Virus record (IMG/VR): IMGVR_UViG_3300032224_000443
Location: 1-57,457 of that record
Strand: one strand, 5' to 3'
Length of the DNA: 57,457 nt
Source: a virus
Lineage: Duplodnaviria; Caudoviricetes
How positions within the stretch are numbered: position 1 is the stretch's first letter; every line of letters begins with the position of its first letter. This document shows, one piece after another, positions 17,295 to 28,011 of the stretch. The position numbers and the translations under genes were made by a program. Below the pieces are notes generated by a model that was not told the DNA's origin, did no database searches, and was given only the letters and a program-made list of their open reading frames with translations.

Positions 17295-18759
17295 TGTTGT
17301 TTTAAATAGTGATGCAGTCTCATTTATTCAAATGGGCAATTTTCAACAACCTGGTTTCTATGGTAGCCAGGAAATGAAACCTTCTAACGATTCTTTTAAT
17401 ACAGCTATTCAAATTGGTGCACAATTATTAGGAGTTGCCGCTGCTTTAAAAACAAATCAGGCACCGGTTAATTATGTTCGTGCACCCAGAAATTATATTC
17501 TTACTGATTATGAAAAACAAGCAATATATAATAAATCTGTTGAATTATCTTCTTATGGTACAGTACCTCAGGATGTTTTAGAAAATTTCTTTTACATTTT
17601 AGCAGCAAATGAAAATCAAAGCGATTTGGAATATATTGCCGATGTTGTGGGCATTCCTAATTTAGGACAACCAAGATATATCAGAAATATAAGAGACATT
17701 CTATTGATAGACGACATCTATAAAGTGGGATATCTTTCTAATGGTGTGGCTTCTGTTACACACAGATATGCATCTCAATATAGAGGTGTTCAACAATATG
17801 GAGATTATACACAAAGTAGTTCTGGCGATGTTTTATCTGCTGCTGCTTTAGGAGTATCTTTAGGAGTTATTGGTCCATCTATTATTGAAACAGCCTCATT
17901 ATTTAATAATAATAGCGGAGTTCTTAAAAATGCACCTGCGTTGTCATTATCAGCTATCAATCAGTCAATTAATCTTTATAGTGGATTATCCAGCGGTGCT
18001 TCTCTTCCTCCTACTACTATTAGCGCCATTTTAAATCCTACTGCTACAATACAATCACAAGCAACTATGATTAGTGCGGGAGCAATTAGTAGTTTATTGG
18101 GAGCAACTCCTCTGGGTGGTGTTTTAAGTGCTTTAGGACCTTTGGGCGGTATTGCTATGGGAGCTTTATTACAACAGGTAGGTGGTAATTCAGTAGGCAG
18201 TTTCATGTCAGAAGTATTAACAGGAAAAAGAATAGCCACTTCAAGAATAGCTAACAATCCAATGCTTACTCCACCTTCAATGGCTGGCAAATCATTCTTT
18301 GGAGAAGCTCCAGTATCGCTTCCTGCTGTAGATCAGGTATTTTGTAGAAAAATAGGAGCGTTCGGAACAACTAACGGTGGAACTGGTGTGGTTAGTTTTG
18401 GTATGCAAAATTTTGCTTCTATGGGCGGTTCTCAACCTATAGCTTCCGTAGTAGCTAATTTAATAACAGGATCGTCTATTATACCACCTACAACATCGTT
18501 TTATGGACAACAAGTCGCTACTATGACAACAAATCTGTGTAGTAATATGAATGTTCCTACAACATCAATGATTGAAATGAGAAGATCAGATAATGCTATT
18601 CCACTTATGCTTGGTATGAGCGCCGTAATGGTTGGAGAAAACTTCTCACCATTTGGTTCTAAACCAATGACACAGGGTTGGGCATTGGCTGCTTCTACTG
18701 CAAACGACATTCAAAAATACAATCCGCAGTATTTAAACACTTGCAGGACATCATTATAA
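17287..18759 (+). CDS. Hypothetical baseplate-associated protein with Gly/Ala/Leu-rich hydrophobic segments
   Basis: 490-aa ORF overlapping the preceding stop; no family recognised. Confidence 0.6.
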   Translation: MPNVVLNSDAVSFIQMGNFQQPGFYGSQEMKPSNDSFNTAIQIGAQLLGVAAALKTNQAPVNYVRAPRNYILTDYEKQAIYNKSVELSSYGTVPQDVLENFFYILAANENQSDLEYIADVVGIPNLGQPRYIRNIRDILLIDDIYKVGYLSNGVASVTHRYASQYRGVQQYGDYTQSSSGDVLSAAALGVSLGVIGPSIIETASLFNNNSGVLKNAPALSLSAINQSINLYSGLSSGASLPPTTISAILNPTATIQSQATMISAGAISSLLGATPLGGVLSALGPLGGIAMGALLQQVGGNSVGSFMSEVLTGKRIATSRIANNPMLTPPSMAGKSFFGEAPVSLPAVDQVFCRKIGAFGTTNGGTGVVSFGMQNFASMGGSQPIASVVANLITGSSIIPPTTSFYGQQVATMTTNLCSNMNVPTTSMIEMRRSDNAIPLMLGMSAVMVGENFSPFGSKPMTQGWALAASTANDIQKYNPQYLNTCRTSL

Positions 18760-18762
18760 ATA
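18755..18762 (+). promoter_or_regulatory. T4 late promoter just upstream of gp25
   Basis: Perfect TATAAATA ending 4 nt before the ATG at 18767. Confidence 0.6.
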
Positions 18763-18766
18763 TAGA

Positions 18767-19156
18767 ATGACAACCACAATACTATATTCAGATATTCCTA
18801 CAAATTTTGACATCCATCCTGTTAAAGAGGATCTGGTATTAATTACCAATGAAACTGCCGTAAAAAGATCTATTCGTAATTTGATTATGACTGATCCATA
18901 CGAAAGGTTTTTTAGTCCAAGAGTAGGATCCGGAATAAAACAAACATTATTTGAAAATATGAGTCAAGATACTGAATATGTGTTAAAACAACAGATTGCA
19001 GAAACAATAAACAATTTCGAACCAAGAGCTAAATTAATTAGTGTTGCCGTAAAAACAATTACTGATATGAATTCTTATAGTGTAAATATTGTTTTTTCAC
19101 TTTTTAATAATATAACTCCTATAACTCTTGATTTAGTTTTAAGAAGAGTACGATAA
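18767..19156 (+). CDS. gp25: Baseplate wedge subunit gp25
   Basis: YSDI...F..HP...DL....NE.AVKRSIRNL..T...ER.F.P..GS.....LFE ... I...INNFEPRA ... L.RVR. Confidence 0.95.
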   Translation: MTTTILYSDIPTNFDIHPVKEDLVLITNETAVKRSIRNLIMTDPYERFFSPRVGSGIKQTLFENMSQDTEYVLKQQIAETINNFEPRAKLISVAVKTITDMNSYSVNIVFSLFNNITPITLDLVLRRVR

Positions 19157-20986
19157 ATGGCTAATACTGGATTTTTAGATGTTTCAGAATTAAGTTTTGA
19201 TGGTATCAAAACTAATTTAAAAGCTTTTATGAAAGCTAAAACTGCTTTTAAAGATTATGATTTTGAAGGTTCAAATCTTAATTCGTTATTAGATGTATTG
19301 TCTTATAATACTTATATGAATTCATATTATCTTAATATGATAGGAAGTGAGATGTTTCTTGACTCTTCACAGATGAGAAACTCTGTAGTATCTCACGCTA
19401 AAGAATTAAATTACACTCCAAGATCAAGAACTTCGTCAAGAGCATTAGTTACTCTTGCTATTAACACGGGTGCAGATCTTCCTCTCAATGTTGTAATACC
19501 AGAAAATTATGTATTCAGAACTACTGTAGATGGTGTTAATTTAGATTTTACTACAAATGAAATTATTTCAATTAATCGTTCTAATTCTGGTTATATAAGC
19601 GATCCTGTTTATATTTACGAAGGTAGAATTGTATATGAATATTTTGTTGTTGATGGTTCTGTAAGATATACTCTCAGTTCATCAAATATCGATGCTAACA
19701 GCATTAAAGTTGTTGTAATTAAATCTGCTACTGATTCTGCTAATTCAGTATATAAAAGAGCTGATACTCTTTATGGTTTAACTGATACTTCAGAAATTTA
19801 TTTTGTTCAAGGTTATAATAACGATCAATATGAGATTGTTTTTGGTGATGGTATTTCTGGTAAAGCTGTAACTAACGGAAACATTATACAAGTAAAATAC
19901 AGATCAACTAATGGCGAATTAGGAAATAAAGCAGTTTATTTCTCACCTACAGCTAAAATTGGCGATGCTAAAACATATACTATTACAGCTACAACTAATA
20001 TATCAGCAGTAGATGGTTCTGAAAGAGAAACTATCGAATCAATCAAACTTAATGCACCAAGACATTTTGCTTCTCAAAACAGAGCAGTAACTAAAGATGA
20101 TTATACTAATTTAATTATTGAAAAATATCCACAAATTAAAACTGTTAACGTTTACGGTGGTGAGAATGCAGATCCTCCACAATATGGTAAAGTAATTGTT
20201 AGCATGATTCCTTACGGTAATTTTCCAACAGTTTCTGCGGAACTTAAATCTGATATTATTACGTTTTTAAAATCTAAAAACATCACAACAGAACCTATAA
20301 TTAAAGATCCTGAATATATGTATATTGAAGTAGTTTCTAATGTGAGTTATAATCCATCATTAACAACTAAAAGCATACAACAACTTAAATCTGATATTTT
20401 AAATCAAATATCTTTATATGAGTCTACATATCTAACTGATTTTGGTAATGATCTTAGAAAAACTAAATTGTTAACTATGATCGATGCGGCTGATACTTCT
20501 ATTGTAAGTAATGAAACTACATTAAGAGCAGTATATAAAATTACTCCTGTAAAAGGCATTCAACAAAGAATTAATTTTACATTCTCTAATCCTTTAGCAA
20601 GACCATTACGTGCTCCGTATATTATCAATGAAATAGAATGTATTAAAAGTAGTTATTTTTCATATTACAAGAATGGTGTATATTATAATACTTCTACTAA
20701 TAAACCAGTGACTCTTAGTGATGACGGTAATGGATATATTAGATTGTATTATACTGAATATGATAAATTAACTAATACTATTGTTCAACAAATATTAGAG
20801 CCAAATATCGGAACGGTTAATTATGAAACTGGCGAGTTAGCATTTGATATCAATCCTTATGATTACGATACAAATATTAACATATATGCTAAAATATTAA
20901 ATTCAGATATTGTTGTGCAAGAAAGTAAATATCTTAAATTAGACCCCGATGCTATTTCCGTAACAGTTACTACATTTAGACAATAA
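19157..20986 (+). CDS. gp6: Baseplate wedge subunit gp6
   Basis: L.FD.IK.NLK...F.DYDFEGS....LLD.L.YNTY.N.YY.NM...EMFLDS...RNSVVSHAK.L.Y.PRS; YEIVFGDG..G; QNRAVT..DY; GGE...PPQYGKV; G.V.Y.TG. Confidence 0.95.
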   Translation: MANTGFLDVSELSFDGIKTNLKAFMKAKTAFKDYDFEGSNLNSLLDVLSYNTYMNSYYLNMIGSEMFLDSSQMRNSVVSHAKELNYTPRSRTSSRALVTLAINTGADLPLNVVIPENYVFRTTVDGVNLDFTTNEIISINRSNSGYISDPVYIYEGRIVYEYFVVDGSVRYTLSSSNIDANSIKVVVIKSATDSANSVYKRADTLYGLTDTSEIYFVQGYNNDQYEIVFGDGISGKAVTNGNIIQVKYRSTNGELGNKAVYFSPTAKIGDAKTYTITATTNISAVDGSERETIESIKLNAPRHFASQNRAVTKDDYTNLIIEKYPQIKTVNVYGGENADPPQYGKVIVSMIPYGNFPTVSAELKSDIITFLKSKNITTEPIIKDPEYMYIEVVSNVSYNPSLTTKSIQQLKSDILNQISLYESTYLTDFGNDLRKTKLLTMIDAADTSIVSNETTLRAVYKITPVKGIQQRINFTFSNPLARPLRAPYIINEIECIKSSYFSYYKNGVYYNTSTNKPVTLSDDGNGYIRLYYTEYDKLTNTIVQQILEPNIGTVNYETGELAFDINPYDYDTNINIYAKILNSDIVVQESKYLKLDPDAISVTVTTFRQ

Positions 20987-23421
20987 TGATTACTGATTTA
21001 AAAAATATAGCTCCATTAGTTGAACAGCAATTTCCTGAATTCTATAAGGAAGAAGGAAGTAACTTCATTCAATTTGTTAAAGCATATTATGAATGGATGG
21101 ACAAACAAGGTCCAATAGCAAAAACACGAAATCTTTTAGAAATTTCTGATGTAGATACTGCTAATGGTTATATTGATTATTTCTTTTCAAAGTATATGGA
21201 AGGTATTCCTAAAAATATTCTTTCAAATAAAGCATTATTAGAAAAACATATTATCAGTGTATACAGATCTAAAGGCTCTATAGAAGGATTAAAACTTCTT
21301 TTTAGATTACTTTATAACATTGAAATTGATGTATACATTCCTCAAGACGACGTTATGATGTTGTCCGATGGTAAATGGTCAAGAAAGAAATATCTCGAAG
21401 TTGAACCAAGAGATCTTAACTATACTTACGATAATAAACTTATCACTGGATCTACAACTGGTGCTACTGCTTATGTATTATCAGTAGCAAAAATAAATCC
21501 ACAATATGATCCATCTCATATTTTATATATATCTGATATTACTCCAGGACCTGGTGGCGATTCTTTCAAACCAGGTGAGTATGTTTTATATGATGGTTTA
21601 GATATAAGACAAGCAACTATTATTAGAGGTTCTGTTGTTGGAGCTATTGTAGAATCTTCTGATGAAAATCATGCTACTGGAGATGTTCTTTTTACTCAAA
21701 ATACATCTGGATCAGGATTAAAATTTGAAGTAAAAGATATATTAGATCCAGAAAAAGCTCTTGGTTATATTCAATTTAAAATTATAGATGGTGGTTATGG
21801 TTATGCTTTAGATAGCGTTGTAACTGTAACTAAAAAATTTGCTTCTGAAGGATCTGGTGCATCTTTTAGAGTAGGTCAAATATCTAATACTTCATTATTT
21901 ACATACAATACGAATCTAATCGATCCAGAAGCAAATACTATTATTGCTCCAGCAAATACCAATTTTAATGGTAATTCAGCTGTTTTTGGCAATGGCGGAT
22001 CTATAACATCAATTAATTTAACATATTCTGGTAGTGGTTATGTTGCTAATGCACAAGGTAATATTACTGATAGTGGTTATCAATGGACTGGTTATGTAAG
22101 AGGAATAACTGCTAGTAATGGTGCTGTTCAATCATTAATTTTAACTCCTATTCCTGCAACATTAAGTTCAAATCCTATTCTTAGTTTTACAACTCCATCA
22201 AATACAATTTTTAATGGTAATACAGCTGTGACTGGTGGTCCTAGTACAGGATTATCTACAGATGCAAATAGTACAATAAATGTAGCAATTATTGCAGCAA
22301 ACGGATTTAATGCAGCAGCATTTACTGCAAATGATCGAATTAAATATACTGTAGTTTCTGGTAATACTGCTATTGGCGGATTATCTAACAATACGATTTA
22401 TTATGTTCAATTTGCTAATACAACAAAAATAGCTTTATCTGCTACACCTGGTGGCAGTAGAATTACTCTTACGCCATCAACTAGAGCAGGTATAGAAAGT
22501 TCTGGAAATTATCTTTCTGGATTACAAGCAACAGGTACTATAACTGTCAATATGACAGTAAACAATACAATAACCGTTGCTAATGCTAATACATTTACCA
22601 TTGGTAAAGGTGTAAAATATACTGCTTTGAATGGTAATACTGCTATTGGGGGACTTTCTAATAATACTTTATATTATATACAATTTTCTAATAATACGGT
22701 TATTGCTCTTTCAACAACTGTAGGTGGGCAAAGAATTACACTCGTGCCTTCTAGTACAGGTGGAACTCAAGCAACAGGACATTATCTTCAAGCAAATGCT
22801 CAATTTAGTGCAAATCTTAATACCGGAACTATTGATTCTGTTTTAGGAAATTGTCTTTCTGATACTACTATGGAAATCGGAAAAATTAAATCATTACGTG
22901 GTATAACATCAGGCGATCACAAATATAATGGTTCTGTATTACCAAATGTATTTGAAAAAAGAATATGGGGATATAATATAGTAGATAATAAAGGTGGATT
23001 GTGGGGTAATAATGCAGTAATAACTGGAGAACTTGCTGCTGGTAATGGCGTTATTTACGATGTTTCATTATTATCTTCAGGATATAATTTTAATACTCCT
23101 GATGAAGAATTAGAATTTATAAACGAATCGAATAATGAATGTACAGCTGTATTGACAATGATAGTTGACGGTGTTGCTACAGAAGAGGGCGAATGGTTAG
23201 ACAATAGCGGTTTTTTAAATTCAGATAAATACATAACAGATAGTGATTTTTATCAAGAATTTTCATATGAAATAAAAGTAGAAAAATCTTTAGATAAATA
23301 TATCGATGTTATTACAAAATTAACTCATCCGGTCGGAAATAAAATGTTTGGCGAACCATTAATAATAGATAAAAATAGTTTTAACCAGAGTATTTTAGTA
23401 GAAACAATAACGGTAACATAA
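20986..23421 (+). CDS. gp7: Baseplate wedge initiator gp7-like protein with inserted repeated domains
   Basis: V..QFPEF......FI.FVKAYYEW, Y.SKG..E..KLLFR.LY, SDGKW; C-terminal DSDFYQEFSYEI...Y......HP.G..MFG. Confidence 0.8.
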   Translation: MITDLKNIAPLVEQQFPEFYKEEGSNFIQFVKAYYEWMDKQGPIAKTRNLLEISDVDTANGYIDYFFSKYMEGIPKNILSNKALLEKHIISVYRSKGSIEGLKLLFRLLYNIEIDVYIPQDDVMMLSDGKWSRKKYLEVEPRDLNYTYDNKLITGSTTGATAYVLSVAKINPQYDPSHILYISDITPGPGGDSFKPGEYVLYDGLDIRQATIIRGSVVGAIVESSDENHATGDVLFTQNTSGSGLKFEVKDILDPEKALGYIQFKIIDGGYGYALDSVVTVTKKFASEGSGASFRVGQISNTSLFTYNTNLIDPEANTIIAPANTNFNGNSAVFGNGGSITSINLTYSGSGYVANAQGNITDSGYQWTGYVRGITASNGAVQSLILTPIPATLSSNPILSFTTPSNTIFNGNTAVTGGPSTGLSTDANSTINVAIIAANGFNAAAFTANDRIKYTVVSGNTAIGGLSNNTIYYVQFANTTKIALSATPGGSRITLTPSTRAGIESSGNYLSGLQATGTITVNMTVNNTITVANANTFTIGKGVKYTALNGNTAIGGLSNNTLYYIQFSNNTVIALSTTVGGQRITLVPSSTGGTQATGHYLQANAQFSANLNTGTIDSVLGNCLSDTTMEIGKIKSLRGITSGDHKYNGSVLPNVFEKRIWGYNIVDNKGGLWGNNAVITGELAAGNGVIYDVSLLSSGYNFNTPDEELEFINESNNECTAVLTMIVDGVATEEGEWLDNSGFLNSDKYITDSDFYQEFSYEIKVEKSLDKYIDVITKLTHPVGNKMFGEPLIIDKNSFNQSILVETITVT

Positions 23422-24923
23422 TGGCAGGCATATTTAACAAAAATATTAAAAATAAATTTATCGAAGAGATGAAAACTGATTTTGGAAGCACAAATTCCAA
23501 TTATTATATTACTTTTGGTAAATTTACAGAATGGCCAGATGATTTAAATCCGCCGTCTACTAATACTTCTATACAAGAATCATTTTATAATGTTTATTCA
23601 AATATTTTATTTGGTAAAAAAGTATCTGCTTCTGATATAGGATATATTGCTAAAACAATCACATGGACAACAGGAACAGTATACAACTATTATTCACATT
23701 TAGATCCTAATCTTTATACTAAAAAATTCTATGTAATTAATAGTAAAAATAGAGTATATAAATGTCTATTTAATAATTACGGTGCTGCTTCTACTACAGA
23801 ACCAGACACTGTTCAAACCAGTGGTGATTTTACAACTACAGCTGATGGATATATTTGGAAATATCTATTTACTATAGATTCCGCATCTAGAACGAAATTT
23901 AGTACAACTAATTATTTTCCTATTGTTCCTAATTCTACAGTTGCTAGAACTGCCATAAAAGGCGGTTTGCATGTTATGGTAGTTGACAATGCGGGAACTG
24001 GTTATATTGGTGCTAACGGAAGTATTGATCAAGTTATTAATACTAAATTTTTTAAAATAGCTAATTCTGGTGCTACCAACATTAATGGTGCTTATGGACA
24101 ATCATCTTTTTATGTGTATTCAGGTAGCGGTTCTCCTGCATTATCAGTAGTATCTGAATATGTTGTTAATACAACAGGAAAATTTGTTAAAACAGCACAA
24201 CCAATTACAGGTTTAGATAGTACATCACTTTATACTATTACACCTCAAGTTCAAATTGTTGGTGATGGTACTGGTGCTACAGCTATATCAAATATTAATT
24301 CAAATACTGGTGCATTAACATCAGTTACTGTAACAAATAAAGGCAGAAATTATTCTTACGCTAATGTTACAATAAAAGCAAATTCTAACTTTGGATCATT
24401 GGCTACTGTATATCCTATAATTTCTCCTCCTGGTGGACACGGATCTGATTCTATTTCCGAATTAGGTAGTGAAATATTAGGATTATCTATAGAAACAACT
24501 ACTGGAGATGGTTTTCCTTCTTGGGGAAAATATAGACAAATCGGTTTGATATATAATCCCACTGCATCTGCTAATGCTACAGCATATCAAAATACATCTT
24601 TTAATCAAATGTATAATTTCCAAGTTTTTAGTGGTGCTAGTATTTTAAGTACTGGAGAAAAAATTGTAGGATTAAATAGTAAAGCTACTGCACAAGTAGC
24701 ATACATGAATACATCAAGAATGTATGTTTTAAATGTTGTTGGTTCATTCCAACCTTATGAAACAGTATTGTCAAATGATACTGGCAAAACTGTTACGATC
24801 ACAGTTATAAATAGTCCTGACCTAGTACCTTATTCCGGCGAAGTGTTTTATTATAAAAACATTCAACCAATTAGTAGAACTGGTATTAAAGCAGAACAAG
24901 TTAAATTATATTTTAATTTTTAA
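23421..24923 (+). CDS. gp8: Baseplate wedge subunit gp8-like
   Basis: YY.TFGK...W, KKV...D......W..GT.Y, FYV.N....VYKCL.NN, DGYIWKYLFTI, P.GGHG.D...ELG, YRQIGLI.NP, SGE..Y......R.....EQ.K. Confidence 0.88.
   Translation: MAGIFNKNIKNKFIEEMKTDFGSTNSNYYITFGKFTEWPDDLNPPSTNTSIQESFYNVYSNILFGKKVSASDIGYIAKTITWTTGTVYNYYSHLDPNLYTKKFYVINSKNRVYKCLFNNYGAASTTEPDTVQTSGDFTTTADGYIWKYLFTIDSASRTKFSTTNYFPIVPNSTVARTAIKGGLHVMVVDNAGTGYIGANGSIDQVINTKFFKIANSGATNINGAYGQSSFYVYSGSGSPALSVVSEYVVNTTGKFVKTAQPITGLDSTSLYTITPQVQIVGDGTGATAISNINSNTGALTSVTVTNKGRNYSYANVTIKANSNFGSLATVYPIISPPGGHGSDSISELGSEILGLSIETTTGDGFPSWGKYRQIGLIYNPTASANATAYQNTSFNQMYNFQVFSGASILSTGEKIVGLNSKATAQVAYMNTSRMYVLNVVGSFQPYETVLSNDTGKTVTITVINSPDLVPYSGEVFYYKNIQPISRTGIKAEQVKLYFNF
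24806..24813 (+). promoter_or_regulatory. Possible T4 late promoter inside gp8, upstream of the VrlC-like gene
   Basis: TATAAATA about 120 nt upstream of ATG 24933; could be chance in AT-rich DNA. Confidence 0.45.
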
Positions 24924-24932
24924 GGGAATACG

Positions 24933-27900
24933 ATGGCTGAGTTACAAACTAATTTCGATGTTGCTCCATTTTATGATGATTATGATGAAGACAAACAATA
25001 TTATAGAATGTTGTTTCGTCCAGCAACAGCTGTACAAGCAAGAGAATTAACTCAGCTTCAAACAATGATGCAGAAACAAATTTCACGATTTGGTTCTAGC
25101 ATTTATAAAGATGGTAGTGTTGTTGAAGGTTGTAATTTTACTTCATATCCTGCTATTCCTCAAGTTAAATTTACTGATGGTAATACTTCAACTATTGATT
25201 TTTCTTTAATTGTAAAAGGCAATAGTGACGTAGCAAATTCACAATCACATCTTACTAATTCTTATCTTCTTGTTTCAAATACTACAGGATTAAGAGCAGC
25301 CGTTTTTGATGCATTTGTTGGCGCTGAAGCAGTAGTAAATCAAGGTGCTGCAGATACTAATCGTGCATACGTGTTATATTTAAATTCTGGTAATAATGCA
25401 GGACAACAAATTTCTACATTTAAAACTGTAAGTGAAAGAGTGGACGTATATAATCCAAATCAAGATAAAATGGGCCCATTGGTTTCTACAAACAGAGTTG
25501 GTGTTCTTTATACTCTTTCTTCTAATAGTACAGTGAATGCTCTTGGTGTTGGTTATGGAATACACATAGGACAAGGAATAGTATATCAAAAAGGATTCTT
25601 TTTAAAGACGCTTGCTGATAATTTTATTATTAAAGAACATTCTTCAAATATTGCTGGTATCAGAGTTGGATTTAATACTGCTGAATCTATTGTAAAACCA
25701 GCCGCAGATAATACATTATATGACAATTCTATTGGAAGTCCAAATCAAAATGCTCCTGGAGCATACAGACTTAAATTGGTTCCATCTCTTGTATCATATG
25801 ATTCTGCTAACACACAAGTTACTATTCCTACAGATTTCTTACCTATTGTAGATTTTGATAATGGTATTGGCGTTCCTGTCAATTCTGTAGTTGATCCACA
25901 ATATAGTCTTATCGGTGATATGATTGCTCAAAGAACAAAAGAAGAATCTGGTGATTATATTGTTCGTCCGTTTCAAGTTAATGTTGAAGCTTCATCAAAT
26001 TCTCAAACATTTTATTATACAGTTTCTCCAGGAACAGCATATGTTGATGGATATAGAATTAATTATGATGTTGCACAAAGAATAGAAGTTAACAGAGCAA
26101 CATATACACAATCTGTTAATAATCAAATTTCTACAATGAATTTTGGTAATTATATAAAAGTTAAAGAATTAGTAGGTATTATTGATGTAGGTTCGGTTCC
26201 AGACATTGGAATATATAATACGCCACAGTCAGCAATTTCAAATAATGCTTCTATTTCTGCTCCATTAGGAACTTGGGTAGGGAATGCTAACGTAAAAGCA
26301 GTAATATTTAATTCGGGTCAAAAAGGAACTCCGACTGCAGATTATCTACTTTATCTTAGCAACATTAGAATGCAACCTGGTTATAATTTTGAAACATCTG
26401 CTAAAAGTTTTTATGTAAACGGAACTTATGGTAAAGTATGGGCAGATATAAGTTTAGCTAATGTTAATTCTAATGCAGCAATGAGTGAAGTATTAACTAA
26501 AAAATTAATTTTTGATACTGGTTTAACTGGTGTAAAAAGACTTACAAGTAATACTGGTGTTAATAATACTTCTTATATTTACAGAACAACATCTTCTTCT
26601 ACAACATTAACTAGAGGTACTGGTGGTACTCTTGGTATAGCTACAGCTAGTTTTAATTTACCTTCAGACACATATAATTATGGTGTAACATCTACCGGTG
26701 ATACAATTCAAGAAAAAATCCATGTTATGTTTGTTGGAGATTATCTATCGAATTTATATTCTTCAGGAACAACTTTATTACCAAATACAAATTGGTCAAA
26801 TGCTACTCACAGTGTACTAAGTACACCAGTACCTACAGCTGGACAAGTTACTTTTATTTCAAATTATAATGCTACTGATTATACTCAAAATCCAAAAGTG
26901 GGTGAAAATATTCAAATAGCAAATGGTACTACAGTTTCATACCATACAATAACTGCAGTCACTTCTGCTAATTCAATACAAGTTACTCCACCAATAACTT
27001 TAATTCCGGTTCCTAGCAGTGGTTTTGCAGTACGTAAATATCACAAAGCCGGTTCTTATGTTAATTTTAATGGAACAGGAAATGTTATATCTTTCAGTGG
27101 AACGCCAGTTACTACTGCGTCTATATCTTTAAGTATGGATCTGTATCCATATACCATAGCATCCGGATCAACAACAACTCAAACTTTTGCGTTGCAATCT
27201 CAAATTCCTTCTATTAGAACTACAGCAGTTCCAATATTAAAAGATGTTAAAAAAGAAACAGTAATTGGTATTAACTGTGCTTCTCATTATGCAACTACAA
27301 CAGGACCATGGTCATTAGGAATGCCTGATGTGTATAAAATCACGGGTGTTTATGTGGGAGCATCATTTGCTAACACAAATCCAAATAGAATAGATTGGTT
27401 TGAATATGATAATGGTCAAACTGATCAATTTTATGGTTTAGCACAATTAAAAATTCTTCCACAATATAAATCACAAATTACATCTGCTAGCAGAATGTTA
27501 GTTCAATTTAGTCATTTTACTCCTAATTTAACTGCTTCTCAAGCAACATTCTTCTCCAAAGATTCATATTCTATTGATGATGCTAATACTGCTAATACAA
27601 CAGCTATTCAAACAGCACAAATCCCTATATTTAAATCAACAGACGGTACTAATTATGATTTAAGAAATTATATAGATATGAGACCTGTTCTTTCAAATAC
27701 AGCAAACGTATATGTTGCTGCAGCAGGGTTAGCCGGAATGACTATTAATCCAGCTAATAATCAATCTATATATTATAGTACTGCTTCTACTAAATTAGCA
27801 ATCGAGCCAGATTCTAGTTTTACATTTAATGTTGAATATTATCTTCCAAGAGCAGATGCTTTATTAATAACTAAAGAAAAAAGAGTTGTTGTAAAATCTG

Positions 27901-28010
27901 GAGCTCCAGCTTTTAATCCTAAACCACCTATACTAAATAATTCGGGAATGAAAATTGCTGATATTGTAGTTCCTCCTTATCCATCTTTAACATTCCAAGA
28001 AGCAGAATAA
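24933..28010 (+). CDS. VrlC/DUF4815-type large virion protein, N-terminal part
   Basis: PFYDDYDEDK.YYR.LFRP..AVQARELTQLQT..Q.QI.RFG, L.DN..G..N..APGA.RLK, RT.EESGDY.V.PF, PG.AYV.GY, DNGQ.D..Y, LR..ID.RP, YYLPR.D. Confidence 0.85.
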   Translation: MAELQTNFDVAPFYDDYDEDKQYYRMLFRPATAVQARELTQLQTMMQKQISRFGSSIYKDGSVVEGCNFTSYPAIPQVKFTDGNTSTIDFSLIVKGNSDVANSQSHLTNSYLLVSNTTGLRAAVFDAFVGAEAVVNQGAADTNRAYVLYLNSGNNAGQQISTFKTVSERVDVYNPNQDKMGPLVSTNRVGVLYTLSSNSTVNALGVGYGIHIGQGIVYQKGFFLKTLADNFIIKEHSSNIAGIRVGFNTAESIVKPAADNTLYDNSIGSPNQNAPGAYRLKLVPSLVSYDSANTQVTIPTDFLPIVDFDNGIGVPVNSVVDPQYSLIGDMIAQRTKEESGDYIVRPFQVNVEASSNSQTFYYTVSPGTAYVDGYRINYDVAQRIEVNRATYTQSVNNQISTMNFGNYIKVKELVGIIDVGSVPDIGIYNTPQSAISNNASISAPLGTWVGNANVKAVIFNSGQKGTPTADYLLYLSNIRMQPGYNFETSAKSFYVNGTYGKVWADISLANVNSNAAMSEVLTKKLIFDTGLTGVKRLTSNTGVNNTSYIYRTTSSSTTLTRGTGGTLGIATASFNLPSDTYNYGVTSTGDTIQEKIHVMFVGDYLSNLYSSGTTLLPNTNWSNATHSVLSTPVPTAGQVTFISNYNATDYTQNPKVGENIQIANGTTVSYHTITAVTSANSIQVTPPITLIPVPSSGFAVRKYHKAGSYVNFNGTGNVISFSGTPVTTASISLSMDLYPYTIASGSTTTQTFALQSQIPSIRTTAVPILKDVKKETVIGINCASHYATTTGPWSLGMPDVYKITGVYVGASFANTNPNRIDWFEYDNGQTDQFYGLAQLKILPQYKSQITSASRMLVQFSHFTPNLTASQATFFSKDSYSIDDANTANTTAIQTAQIPIFKSTDGTNYDLRNYIDMRPVLSNTANVYVAAAGLAGMTINPANNQSIYYSTASTKLAIEPDSSFTFNVEYYLPRADALLITKEKRVVVKSGAPAFNPKPPILNNSGMKIADIVVPPYPSLTFQEAE

Positions 28011-28011
28011 T

